Assembly: GCA_963796275.1 (NCBI GenBank)
Contig: CAWCKY010000003.1
Coordinates: forward strand, 96,001-160,000
Reading direction: 5' to 3'
From: an uncultured Acidobacteriota bacterium
Lineage (GTDB): Bacteria; Acidobacteriota; Blastocatellia; RBC074
DNA: 64,000 bases
Position 1 is the stretch's first letter, and every line of letters starts with the position of its first letter. A program made the translations under genes and the position numbers. Below, piece by piece: positions 23,624 to 33,500 of the stretch. Under the pieces are notes generated by a model. The model had not been told where the DNA came from and ran no database searches. It saw nothing but the letters and a program-made list of their open reading frames with translations.

Positions 23624-24259
23624 TCACTGAGTTTTTGGGCCTTCACCCAGTTGCCCCAGTTGTTCAATAGTTTCTGCCAATTGCGCAGGCTTCACCAGGC
23701 CATATACGCGCGTCCATTTGTTTCGCTTCGCGTCGCCGATAAGCACGGTAGGAGTATGATCCTCTTTCCGCGCGGCATAACCGCCCAGCGCGCGCAACAA
23801 TTTATCCAATTCCAGCTTGTTCCCGGTAACCAACTTCCATCCCGGCTTCGCGCCGAATTTCCCGGCCCAGGCCTTCAACCTTTCCGGCGTATCGACGGCC
23901 GGATCTACGCTGATCGATATCAGTTGAACCTCTTTTGCCATCTCGGGTTTGATTGAGCGTTGCAAACGGGCAAAAATCGCCCCCAAAGGTGGACAGATGG
24001 TGGTACAGGTCGTGAAGATAAAATTGATGGCTACGATTTTGCCCTTCACCAAATCGCTATAAAAATGAACCTCTTTGCCTTCCTCATCAAGCACTTTGAC
24101 ATCGGGAATCTTTAAACTTTCATATGACCCTGACGACGTGACTTCAGTTGGAGCGTGATCTCCATGATGATGGTCATGCTGTGATTGAGCCCAGATCGTG
24201 CAAGGGATTAGCAATAATGCGACATTTAGTGAAATGGATTTGATTGAAGGAAAGATCAT
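23624..24259 (-). CDS. SCO family copper chaperone
   Basis: Signal peptide, His-rich segment HDHHHGDH, FTTCTTICP (CxxxC), SISVDP..DTP, conserved His. Confidence 0.9.
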   Translation of the reverse strand: MIFPSIKSISLNVALLLIPCTIWAQSQHDHHHGDHAPTEVTSSGSYESLKIPDVKVLDEEGKEVHFYSDLVKGKIVAINFIFTTCTTICPPLGAIFARLQRSIKPEMAKEVQLISISVDPAVDTPERLKAWAGKFGAKPGWKLVTGNKLELDKLLRALGGYAARKEDHTPTVLIGDAKRNKWTRVYGLVKPAQLAETIEQLGQLGEGPKTQ

Positions 24260-24349
24260 ATCAACTCCGCGGTATAGATTTTCGATCGTTAGTTTTCAGT
24301 TTATTTTTATGAGCCGATCATGGCGACTCGACCGAAACCTGCACTACAT

Positions 24350-24913
24350 TCAGGTTTTAATATCGATGCGGTTGATCGCGAAATCGTTGTCGTGTTCCCC
24401 GTTGGCGGATCCTTTGACATTGATCTTGACCCTTTTTATCTTTTTTCCATTGGCGTAAAACTGGACCGAGATGGCGGACCCATCACTCGCGCCATCTGAT
24501 AATCCCCTGCGAGTCGTGACCGTCTTCAATTTCGAGCCCTTCGAGTTATAGAAAGTCATAGTTGTTTTGAAGGGAATCGGATCAGCTCCCGAGTCGGGAA
24601 TTTCATTGATCTGTACTTGAGTGCGGAGCGCCAGAATCGGTGGATCGAAGATTATATCGATCGGGCCCGGCAAGTGATCGGTATAAAGTACAGAATCGCC
24701 GGTATTGAAATTCCCACGCCAGTTATCGCGCTTACCTTGCGTGAGCTTGACCAGTTGGAGTGGTGCGGTAATCGTAAAATTCACATTCTCTTCATTCGAT
24801 GTACCTTGGTTTGTCTCGAGTTCCTCGCTGATTACCGTCCAATCGTCTCCGAACTGTTCCCAATCGATAAAATCGTTAAATCCATTGGAAGAATCACCAA
24901 ATTTGTCAGGCAT
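24350..24913 (-). CDS. Hypothetical beta-rich protein
   Basis: ATG 24913 with GAGGA upstream; NDFIDWEQFG...WRGNFNTGD...FAINRI; no signal peptide seen. Confidence 0.6.
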   Translation of the reverse strand: MPDKFGDSSNGFNDFIDWEQFGDDWTVISEELETNQGTSNEENVNFTITAPLQLVKLTQGKRDNWRGNFNTGDSVLYTDHLPGPIDIIFDPPILALRTQVQINEIPDSGADPIPFKTTMTFYNSKGSKLKTVTTRRGLSDGASDGSAISVQFYANGKKIKRVKINVKGSANGEHDNDFAINRIDIKT

Positions 24914-25223
24914 ACTTGAATCCTCATGATATTTGAAGGCAAGCCCCGTAGGCGCATATCGAGTCGTAAAACTCCTGAGCTCATCGGATTTTGTAGCATC
25001 TGGGAAGCACCGGTCGCGTAAAATGTTTATAGCTCTGATAAGAAGCTCGCAAGCTCCCGTCTGGAACAACATTTGATGATTGCAGATGCCGCCCGACTGG
25101 AACTGATAAACCTTTCTGCGAATACAAAACTATGTTCATATCGCTCATCCGAAGCTGGGCCACAAAACCCGATGCTCTCAGCAAAATTTAAATTCGAGAT
25201 ACGTCTCCGTGCTTTGTCATAAT

Positions 25224-26789
25224 TTATGGGCATGTAACCGCAGTCGGGAGACGCGATGCTCCGCCTGGCCACGGTGTTAGCTGACCGATAGTCGCGCCTC
25301 CTTGGCGCCCCCTTGTCGTGATGGGGCCTGAACCGTTGGTAAGAAAACCGAAATCTTGAAGGTTGAGCGGTATCAGCGGATCACCCAGTACTCGGTTTTC
25401 CGGAAAAATGTACTCGCTGACCGCCGTGCGATATTGTCCGGCGCGAAGCCCATTGGCGGACAGATTAAGCTCAGGCAGTTTCGCCCAGGTATTCCTGTCC
25501 CCGCTAAACAAGCCTTTAGCTTCGGCCACCCGGCGGATGTAAGCGATCACTTCGCGCGTCGGAGGGCCAATATCCCTGCGATCCTCGTTGCGATACCGGC
25601 CGAAGACGGGTTGATCGGCAGGATTGGCCGGAGCCAAAAATCGCACCGATTCATTGCCCGTGCATTCATCGACATCGATCGCATAAATGACTATGTCGCT
25701 CGACGGGTCCGTGGTAAATCCCTCGAATCTGATTCCCCTCGTGGCGACCTCTTGCGGAATATTACCCGGCGGATTATTGGGGTCCGGGAACGGCACGCCG
25801 CCTGCCCGGATCAATACTTCATCGAGCGTCAGATAAGCAGGGTCGGCCCCCGGCTGGGTATAGATCCCTATCAATGCCTGAATCGAGTGGGCCGAGATGT
25901 AGTAACCCGTGTTGTCTCGGGCCAGCGTCCCGGCGTAATCGATGTAATCGCCCCTCATGAAGGGAGCCTGCTCTCTTGCATCACAGGTGTTGCAAGGTAT
26001 GGCTCTGGGAAAGTTGGGCAATGGAGTCGCCGTAGTTGTGCCCGGTCGCGGCATGACAAAGGTCTGCAATGGAGAATTCGGGTTGGGGCCGCGATTTGTG
26101 AGCGGGCAGCGCGGATCAGCCGCAGTACGAGGGACGCACATGGGATACCCGTTGGCCGAACGGATACTCTGGTTATCGGCATCGGAAGTAAATCGCCCAT
26201 CCTGGCCGAGCAGCGGTTCACCGACTTTCAATGCGGAAGTCTTGTGGCCGTAACGTCCCTCGGAATCGTTGATCCTGACTCGCGCTTTGACCGGACCATC
26301 CAGTACAGCCCCCACAAGTATCTCGCCGGAGTTGAAATCGATTGCTTGAATATATCCCTGTCCCAGGTTCAGCGATTGCTGCGTGATGTTGACCAGTCCG
26401 GCGATATGTTTGTCATTTACGATATTGCCGCTGATCGAGACCTCGAAGGCGGCCAGGGGGGCGGGGCAGTCGTCGAGTGCCAGGCCAGACCCTTTCGAAC
26501 CGCCGCACGTGCCGGCACCATTGCGCTGGGTTGTATTAGGCGGAGCCAGATCGAAGATGTCTGTCGCGGTCAGGTTGGCTGTTGACATCTGAATAATCAG
26601 ATTGCGAGGTATGAATACCTCGGTTCCATTGACGGTGATCTTGGCGCCCGAGAGGAGGTCACCCGGCGTGTCAAGCGTGAACCGTTGAATATGTCCGGTT
26701 ATCTGGAATGGCGTCGCATCAAGCGGCGCCGCGCTGTAAACTACGCCTGCTAAGATCAATGGCAATATCAAGAGAAGTCGTTTTTTCAT
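25224..26789 (-). CDS. Secreted Cys-containing protein of unknown function (MCO cluster)
   Basis: Clear Sec signal peptide MKKRLLLILPLILAGVVYSA; 521 aa; begins 1 nt after the upstream gene's stop. Confidence 0.75.
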   Translation of the reverse strand: MKKRLLLILPLILAGVVYSAAPLDATPFQITGHIQRFTLDTPGDLLSGAKITVNGTEVFIPRNLIIQMSTANLTATDIFDLAPPNTTQRNGAGTCGGSKGSGLALDDCPAPLAAFEVSISGNIVNDKHIAGLVNITQQSLNLGQGYIQAIDFNSGEILVGAVLDGPVKARVRINDSEGRYGHKTSALKVGEPLLGQDGRFTSDADNQSIRSANGYPMCVPRTAADPRCPLTNRGPNPNSPLQTFVMPRPGTTTATPLPNFPRAIPCNTCDAREQAPFMRGDYIDYAGTLARDNTGYYISAHSIQALIGIYTQPGADPAYLTLDEVLIRAGGVPFPDPNNPPGNIPQEVATRGIRFEGFTTDPSSDIVIYAIDVDECTGNESVRFLAPANPADQPVFGRYRNEDRRDIGPPTREVIAYIRRVAEAKGLFSGDRNTWAKLPELNLSANGLRAGQYRTAVSEYIFPENRVLGDPLIPLNLQDFGFLTNGSGPITTRGRQGGATIGQLTPWPGGASRLPTAVTCP

Positions 26790-26790
26790 A

Positions 26791-28500
26791 TTAAGGTTTC
26801 TCCTGCGGTTCCATCCAATCAGTCCTTGGCGTGAACTGTTTGGTCAGAGGATCGACTTGAACCACAAATGCGCCAATGGCTCCAATTCTGCGATGGGGTC
26901 CGAAACTGATGGGTGGTAAAACTTCTGTATTGAAGTTCTGTATCTGTTCGAGCGCCGAACCAAATGTCGCGCGACTCAGGCGTCTGCCGCTCGTTTTCGC
27001 CGCTTCGACGAATATCTGGACGGCCGCGTAGGAAATCGCGCGAAATGCGGCATTTCGTTGCGGGTTTTCGGGATCGCCTGACTTCATCATCGCCCGCTCA
27101 AATGCGGCATAGCCCTCCTTGCCCGGGAATCCGCCGGGATGCGCCAGATACAACTGCCCCACGAATTGCGCAGGCAACTCGAACGCGCCTCGACCGGCCA
27201 TCGCCGTTGCACTCAATACCGGGATTTTTAACCCCGCACGTACCATCGCAGCAGCAAGCATCTTCAAGTCATCCTGCGCCGCAAAAAAGAAGAGCGCTTG
27301 AGGCTTCGCCTCACGTAATCGATTAATCGCCACAAGTGAAGAAAATTTTCCCGCCTGCCAATCAAGTTCTGCCGCGATTCGGATTGAGTGCATCTTTGCC
27401 TGCGTCTTAACGCCGAGGGCCGCATCGCGGTCAAAGGTGTGGTCGGAATGGAAAATGGCGATAGATTCACCGAACTTGCCGGCCCTGGCAAAATCGACGA
27501 GGACGCGCGCCTGGACAGTCAGGTCTGGCAGTAGATAGTAGACGAATGGATTGGCAGTCGCCGCCGGCGGCGAGAGCGTGATCGGACCGATCAATGGGAC
27601 TTCGGCATTTTTGAGCAAGCCATCGGTCTCGCTCGGGCCGGCGGGAGCGAAACTGCTGATGAGCGCAAAGACCCGATGCGTTTCCAATAAACGAGCGGTG
27701 GCTGCCGCCGTCTCCTCCGGCTCCCCGCGCGAATCCTCAACTACCAGTTCGATTCGTCTCCCGAATATTCCACCGCGTGCGTTCTGTTCTGCCAATAGCG
27801 TGGATAACATCGCTCGTATATCTTCGCCGAGCGATGCGAGAGGGCCGGTCAATGGAAGCGCGGAGCCGACCTTGATTGCTGATGCCGTTACACCGGGATC
27901 GTTGTCAGCCGCTAGGCCGATAACTTTCAGGTAAGCGATTAGATCGCTCATCTGATCATCGCTCATCCTGTATCTGGGCATGCCCTGGTGCAGCTTGGCT
28001 CCCCGCACTTCGGTTCCGTCAGCGATGGCGCGTTTGAGCGAGGCCTCGTCATATGCCGGTCTCATCTTTCCCGAAAATGTAGCGATGCGCGGCGAGGCCA
28101 ACATATCCCAGGCGATCGGCGGCGGCTGCAATCCTCCCTCTTTTCCGCCCAACCCCGTCAAGCCGTGGCAATTGGCACAGGGAAAATTTGAGGAGGGAAA
28201 CTCGAAATCATCGTCCCCCAGCATCGCTTTGATTCCGTCGCCGCCTTTTCGATAGATGTTTCGTCCGCGAACCTGAGCCGGCGTCAATGACACATCCGCT
28301 TGCGGAATAAGTCCGCTATCTTTCGCATGCGAATGGGAAGCAAAAAAAACAAGGAATAAGAAGGCGGATTGCAAGTATATCCGTCGGGGCAGCCCTGTAT
28401 GTCTGCCCCGGGCTCGCTGTATCGTCACTCCTGGGCAGCAAATGACACGCTGATCCGCCCCCGCGCTCCTTTTTGTCTTTTTTGCCTCCCTCTTTTTCAT
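26791..28500 (-). CDS. Cytochrome c fused to a periplasmic binding protein (LIV/branched-chain type)
   Basis: CANCH heme motif and MPRY distal Met, followed by PGVT..AIKVGSALPLTGPLASLG...N..GGIFGRRIELVVED. Confidence 0.85.
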   Translation of the reverse strand: MKKREAKKTKRSAGADQRVICCPGVTIQRARGRHTGLPRRIYLQSAFLFLVFFASHSHAKDSGLIPQADVSLTPAQVRGRNIYRKGGDGIKAMLGDDDFEFPSSNFPCANCHGLTGLGGKEGGLQPPPIAWDMLASPRIATFSGKMRPAYDEASLKRAIADGTEVRGAKLHQGMPRYRMSDDQMSDLIAYLKVIGLAADNDPGVTASAIKVGSALPLTGPLASLGEDIRAMLSTLLAEQNARGGIFGRRIELVVEDSRGEPEETAAATARLLETHRVFALISSFAPAGPSETDGLLKNAEVPLIGPITLSPPAATANPFVYYLLPDLTVQARVLVDFARAGKFGESIAIFHSDHTFDRDAALGVKTQAKMHSIRIAAELDWQAGKFSSLVAINRLREAKPQALFFFAAQDDLKMLAAAMVRAGLKIPVLSATAMAGRGAFELPAQFVGQLYLAHPGGFPGKEGYAAFERAMMKSGDPENPQRNAAFRAISYAAVQIFVEAAKTSGRRLSRATFGSALEQIQNFNTEVLPPISFGPHRRIGAIGAFVVQVDPLTKQFTPRTDWMEPQEKP

Positions 28501-30518
28501 CCTTTGACCTTGACTTTGATCGACGGCAGTTTCGCAAAACCTGCGCCGCGCGACTCGATACTTATCAAAATCTGATAAAGACCAGGTCGTGGAAAGCGCT
28601 GCGTGATTTCATAAACACCAGGGTGTACCTCGACTGCCCATTGCCGTTGCTGCCAGCCATCCGGCGGCTCAATGACTATGGCGCGGACGTCTCTCAGCCC
28701 GCTGAGCGGTGCACGCGTCGCCGTATCAGTAACTTTGAATTGAAACTTCACCGGATCACCGGCTTTGTGGTCGCCGTCAGCGGATAAAAACTCTACGGCG
28801 AGCGCGAGCGAGGGCGGAGCCGGTTTGGTTGAATTTAGCGTGAGCGGGAAACAATGTGTGATGCGCGGCTGATCGATGAACACGGGAACAGCGAAAGCGC
28901 CGGAAGAGGAGATTTTCACCGGAACGGAATAGACGCCGGCCATGCTCTCCGCCAGGCTGTTATCGAGGATCATCAATGCCAGCGGCGCGCGTTTGTAATT
29001 GTCGAACGTGCCCATCGGGGCCATCATTCCTTCGCTGTAATAATAGATCGTTCGATCGGCCGGATTGGCGATCATTACCGAGTTTTCTTCGGGCGTGGGC
29101 GCCATCATTGCCGCCACGCCCAGGTGAAGAGGCGCCGCATTCGGAGCCTGGCGGCCAGCCTGAATATCAACGCCATCGAGCTTCCCTCGGCGGACCTCGG
29201 CCAGGTCGAACAGCGCGAATTTCTCCGAACCCAATCGCCGGACATAGGCATAACGCGCGGTAAACGCTACCTGGTTCGGCTGGCCGCCGACCGGAGCTTC
29301 AGCCGTTATGGTGTTTATCGCCGAATCGAGGACGGAGACCGTGCTTTCGATCTGATTGACGAGGATGGCGTATCGGCCATCAGGTGAGAATCCCAACTCC
29401 ACCAGTCCGCGTTTAGCCGGAATCACAGCCACGATCTTTTGCGTTTCCGGATCGATCGCCGAAACCGAGCCCCCATTGAGGCCCGCCGTGTAAAAGAGCC
29501 TGGCCGCAGCGCCATATGCGACAGTCACCGGAGTTTGCCCTACCGGCAGGTCGCCAAGCTTCTTCATCGTTTTGAGATCGATGAGCGAGACGGTGTCGGA
29601 GGCGCTGTTAGTGATGGCTGCGTACCGGCCGTCAGCGGTCATCGCCACATTATGCAATCCCTCACCGATGGGGACGACGGCCACTCCCCTGTATGTCAAG
29701 GCATCGATTGCGACTGCACGCGGAGCCTCATCGACAGCGACCCAGACGTGGCGCCCGTCAGGGGTCAGTTTGATTCGCCGCGGTTTTCCTCCCGTTGGAA
29801 TAGTAGCCATCAGTTTCCGATCGACCAGATCGACCACGGCTACCTCCGATTGATCGGGCATAGTTACGAACAGTGTGCGCCGGTTCGATGCGAGAACCCA
29901 ATCGGCGCCGGCGCCCGGCAGGGGTATGATGCTCTCAAGTTTCGTCCGGCCGAATCGGAGCAGCGGGTTGATAATGGTGATGCTCTTATCGTGATTGAGC
30001 GTCAGCAGGCGGTAGCTGTTCAGATCGATGTCGGAGTTGATATTGAACTTGCCCAAGAGCCGCGAACGAACTATCTCGCGGCATCCTTCCTCAGTCACTG
30101 GAGCCGCCGCGGTTTCGTGCGGTACGATCCAGGCTCTGGGACGCAGATTGCTCAATGGTTCTTTACTGCTGGCATCGGTGATTCGCAAAGTGAAGATCGC
30201 ATTGTCGCTGTTGGGAGAGGGTTGAAGAGACATCTCAAGCGCAACCCCACCTTTTTCGAATCGCTGTGGCGGCTGAGTCTTGGTTTGTGCCACTACTGCG
30301 ATAGCGAACAGGTGAGATGCCAATAAGCTAAAAAGACAGAGTGACGGGGCGAGGCGGCGACGAGGGGACGGGGCGATAGGGCGACCAAGCGACAAGGAGG
30401 CAAAGGGATCGGGGGAGAAAAGGCTTCTTGCGAAGAATCTCCTTGTCTCCTCGTCGCCCTGTCGCCCTATCGCCCCGTCCTTCCGCCCCCCCGTCCAATT
30501 GTCTACTTGTCCCTTCAT
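28497..30518 (-). CDS. YVTN/cytochrome cd1-like beta-propeller protein with flanking Ig-like domains
   Basis: Repeated blades (VAVVD...IPTGGKP, VSLID...LPVGQTP, VSVLD...APVGGQP); ATGA overlaps at both ends. Confidence 0.82.
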   Translation of the reverse strand: MKGQVDNWTGGRKDGAIGRQGDEETRRFFARSLFSPDPFASLSLGRPIAPSPRRRLAPSLCLFSLLASHLFAIAVVAQTKTQPPQRFEKGGVALEMSLQPSPNSDNAIFTLRITDASSKEPLSNLRPRAWIVPHETAAAPVTEEGCREIVRSRLLGKFNINSDIDLNSYRLLTLNHDKSITIINPLLRFGRTKLESIIPLPGAGADWVLASNRRTLFVTMPDQSEVAVVDLVDRKLMATIPTGGKPRRIKLTPDGRHVWVAVDEAPRAVAIDALTYRGVAVVPIGEGLHNVAMTADGRYAAITNSASDTVSLIDLKTMKKLGDLPVGQTPVTVAYGAAARLFYTAGLNGGSVSAIDPETQKIVAVIPAKRGLVELGFSPDGRYAILVNQIESTVSVLDSAINTITAEAPVGGQPNQVAFTARYAYVRRLGSEKFALFDLAEVRRGKLDGVDIQAGRQAPNAAPLHLGVAAMMAPTPEENSVMIANPADRTIYYYSEGMMAPMGTFDNYKRAPLALMILDNSLAESMAGVYSVPVKISSSGAFAVPVFIDQPRITHCFPLTLNSTKPAPPSLALAVEFLSADGDHKAGDPVKFQFKVTDTATRAPLSGLRDVRAIVIEPPDGWQQRQWAVEVHPGVYEITQRFPRPGLYQILISIESRGAGFAKLPSIKVKVKG
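30366..30480. repeat. 20-bp perfect inverted repeat built of GGGCGA-type units, inside a CDS 5' end
   Basis: GGACGGGGCGATAGGGCGAC (30366-30385) / GTCGCCCTATCGCCCCGTCC (30461-30480). Confidence 0.85.
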
Positions 30519-33500
30519 TGCGGTCTCTCACTTACGATGGGCTGACTCTTTGGTCTGGTCTTCAGCCACGTGCTCGGACGTTCGACACGAAAGATGCCCC
30601 ATAGTCCATCCAGAAGCTGAAAGCTCTCCTGCGTGCGATAAAGATAATCGCCGGGGACGCTGAACCGGCCTCCCGCATTGGTCAGGATGTTGACGTGGCG
30701 GGCAGGCCCGATACCGCTGTCAGAGCCCTTGAGGTTGGCGCTGAAAGGTGCTGGCTCCAATCTGGTGGAATTCTCATTCCAGGGAGTGAGAAACCAGTTG
30801 TGACCGTAAACCGTAAACGCGTGCTGACGGGGATGGCCCGCCGGATGGACGATGCGGAATCGCACCGAACTTCCCGCCTCGGCCCGGAAGATTGGCGTCG
30901 CCGGATCGCATGGGATCCGCGCGCAGGCGTGATTGGTCGCTCTCGAACTGAATACGTTGGAAAGATCGAGGCTGCGAAGGGCATTGGCATCTGTGTTTGG
31001 TCCCAAACCGAGACGTCCCCAGATCGGCTCCATGCGATAGTTGAATGCCTTGCGGCCCGAATCCTCCGAGTCATCCGTCTCGTCGATATTGGGGATCGGC
31101 CTCCCATTCTGCTGGAGACTCAAGTCGTCCTGATAAAGGACCGAAAACTCGCGATATAGCCGCCTGCCTCTGCGATCGAATACATCGGCCGAAGCGCTGC
31201 TGTCAGCGTCTTCCCGCCAGGTCGTTCCTTGCGGTTCGATAATCAGCGAGCCGATCGCTCCGTGCGAGCTGTGTTTAATCACATCGGCCATGTCGCGCAG
31301 CGAGGTGGCCCCAAATTCGACCGGGACGTACTCAATAGCATCTTTTGTCGGATTGTAGCGTCGGTCTCCCGCATACCAGTTGAACGCCCGGTTCCTCCCG
31401 GGAGCGACAGTGGATGGCTGATTGAGCCCAACATTCGCACTATCTGCATTGAACGTCCGTACCCCGATCAGTTGCGGGTGCAGGCTGACATGGTTCGACA
31501 TGCGCACCTGGTTGAAGTTGAAGCCCTCGATGATCGGAGGAACTATGTTCCAACTCCAACTGGCCGGGAAATCCGGGCCATCCTCCAACTTCTCCGGCAG
31601 TCTGTTGCGGAGCGTGAGCTGTATGCAATCGTTCGCGGCGGCGCGCAGCATCAACGGCTCTGGGTCCCTCAATCCCTGTCGCAGCGCCGTCTCCAGCGAT
31701 CCCGGCGCCGTGATCGTAGTGGGATTGGCGCCCGGGCTCGTGAAGTAGCGCTCGGAATCCTTGATATATATGATCGCGTTCGGATCTTCGATCCTGAGCG
31801 GATCATCATTCAGGCGCCGGGCGCGGTACGGTAACGTCTTGTCCGGTAGCAGGTCGTGCGCCCGCCAGGCGGTCACCGTAAACTGGCGCAGCGGAACTCC
31901 GGGAGGGCAGGCATCGGCGGAGGCAGTGCGGGCTGCAGCAAAAGCCATCCGGCGCGACTTCTCCTGATGGAGCGGCGCCATCCTCCTCGCCTGATAGGAC
32001 GCGAGCGGATTGATGCGATCCATACCGAAGACGCGCATCAATCCCCACATGCCATCCCATAGATTGTCCGTCGCCGACGAAGAGTAGAGGTGATCAGTAT
32101 CCTCACCGTCTCTGCTTAACTGCATGTCGAATTCGAAATGTTCCGAGATCCCGATCTGCTGCCCGTTCCGAAATCCACTCCGCGGCGATGCGGGTTCGCT
32201 GAGCCATTTCATGCCATGCAGCGTGAAGACATGCTGCTCCTCCTGCGCCCCTTGAATCAGTTGAAGCTGGATCCTGTCGCCTTCGAATGCCGTCAGCAGC
32301 GGCGTGGCAGGATCGCCGGGCTGCCGCGCTCCGGCCGGTTCGACGCAACTTGTCAGGGGATCACCGCAGTCGGGAAATTTGAGCTTGTTATCTGGGAGAC
32401 TGCCTGCGTGAACCGTCGAACTGAAGACGTTGGCCAGATCGCCCTTCTCGCCGTCCTTCTGCCGCCAATTTCCGCCCGACCCCTTCTCGGCGATGCGCAG
32501 TGGGATTGGCTCATTGCGATAGTTGATCAACTGCGTTCCCGGATCTTCGTTCGATATCTCTTCAGGGGATGGCTGCGGCTTGAAGCCGATAGCCTTGGGC
32601 AACTCCTCCTTCACGCGAATGGGTGGATTGACCGGTTTGTTATCCGCATCGTAGACGATGGCGAAATCCGCGAAGGCCAGGTTGAATTCCCGCCGGTTGT
32701 CGTCTGGATCCGGCATTATGATATTGGCCGCCGCGGAGGTCGGCCCGCCATCGTCACGCACGACGAACTCCTGACCGTCGATCCGCTGCCACTTGGCATC
32801 CTTCGGCTCGACTACGAGCGCCGCATAGAGCCCATGATGCTGATGCGAGCTGGGGCCGAAATGATCGTGCGTGAAGACAGTACGAATCGTCCGGTCTACT
32901 TTCTTGTTATTCAGTAGCGGATCAGCCCACCAGCGTTGGACCGTGGTTTGAGCGCCACACCATGGCTTATCATCCGCCCCGCCCGGTAGATCGGCGCACA
33001 GTCCACGGTTATCGCCCGCCAGCGCGCCGCCGGGGAGAAAGATCGGATGCGTCCGTGGCCTGAGCCTAGTCGCCGGATTTGTATTGTTGAATGCCTCGAT
33101 CCGTTCGCGTACCTCATCGGCGGCCATCGTGCCGTCCTCATAGTTCCAGCCATTGGCTGATCCGTCAGAGGAAGTGAGATCGAACTTCACCAGGTGGATA
33201 TGCTGGCCGATGACATCGGTCGGAGTGAATATCTGGAAATCATCCAGGTTGAGTACGTTGGGGACGAGATTGGTCGCCCGGAAATCGATACAGTCCCCCG
33301 AATTGGCGCGAAAGAAGAGAGGTTCGGCAGGACGAGCCCCGCTAAGCGTGTCGCGCAGATCGCGCTCCAGCAGGGAGATGCGCGCTTGCGGGTCGTGCCA
33401 CCCCGATTTGTTTACAGTCAAATCGAACTGTAGATAGGCCGCCCGATACTTGCGATCTCTCGAACCGGGCTGGCATGGCTCACCGTAAGGAGCACCAGGC

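Noticed and set aside
25356-26585. 409 aa plus-strand ORF (also 29439-30326, 32138-32917, 47669-48409)
   Set aside because: Antisense shadows of GC-rich real genes; Arg-rich and no motifs
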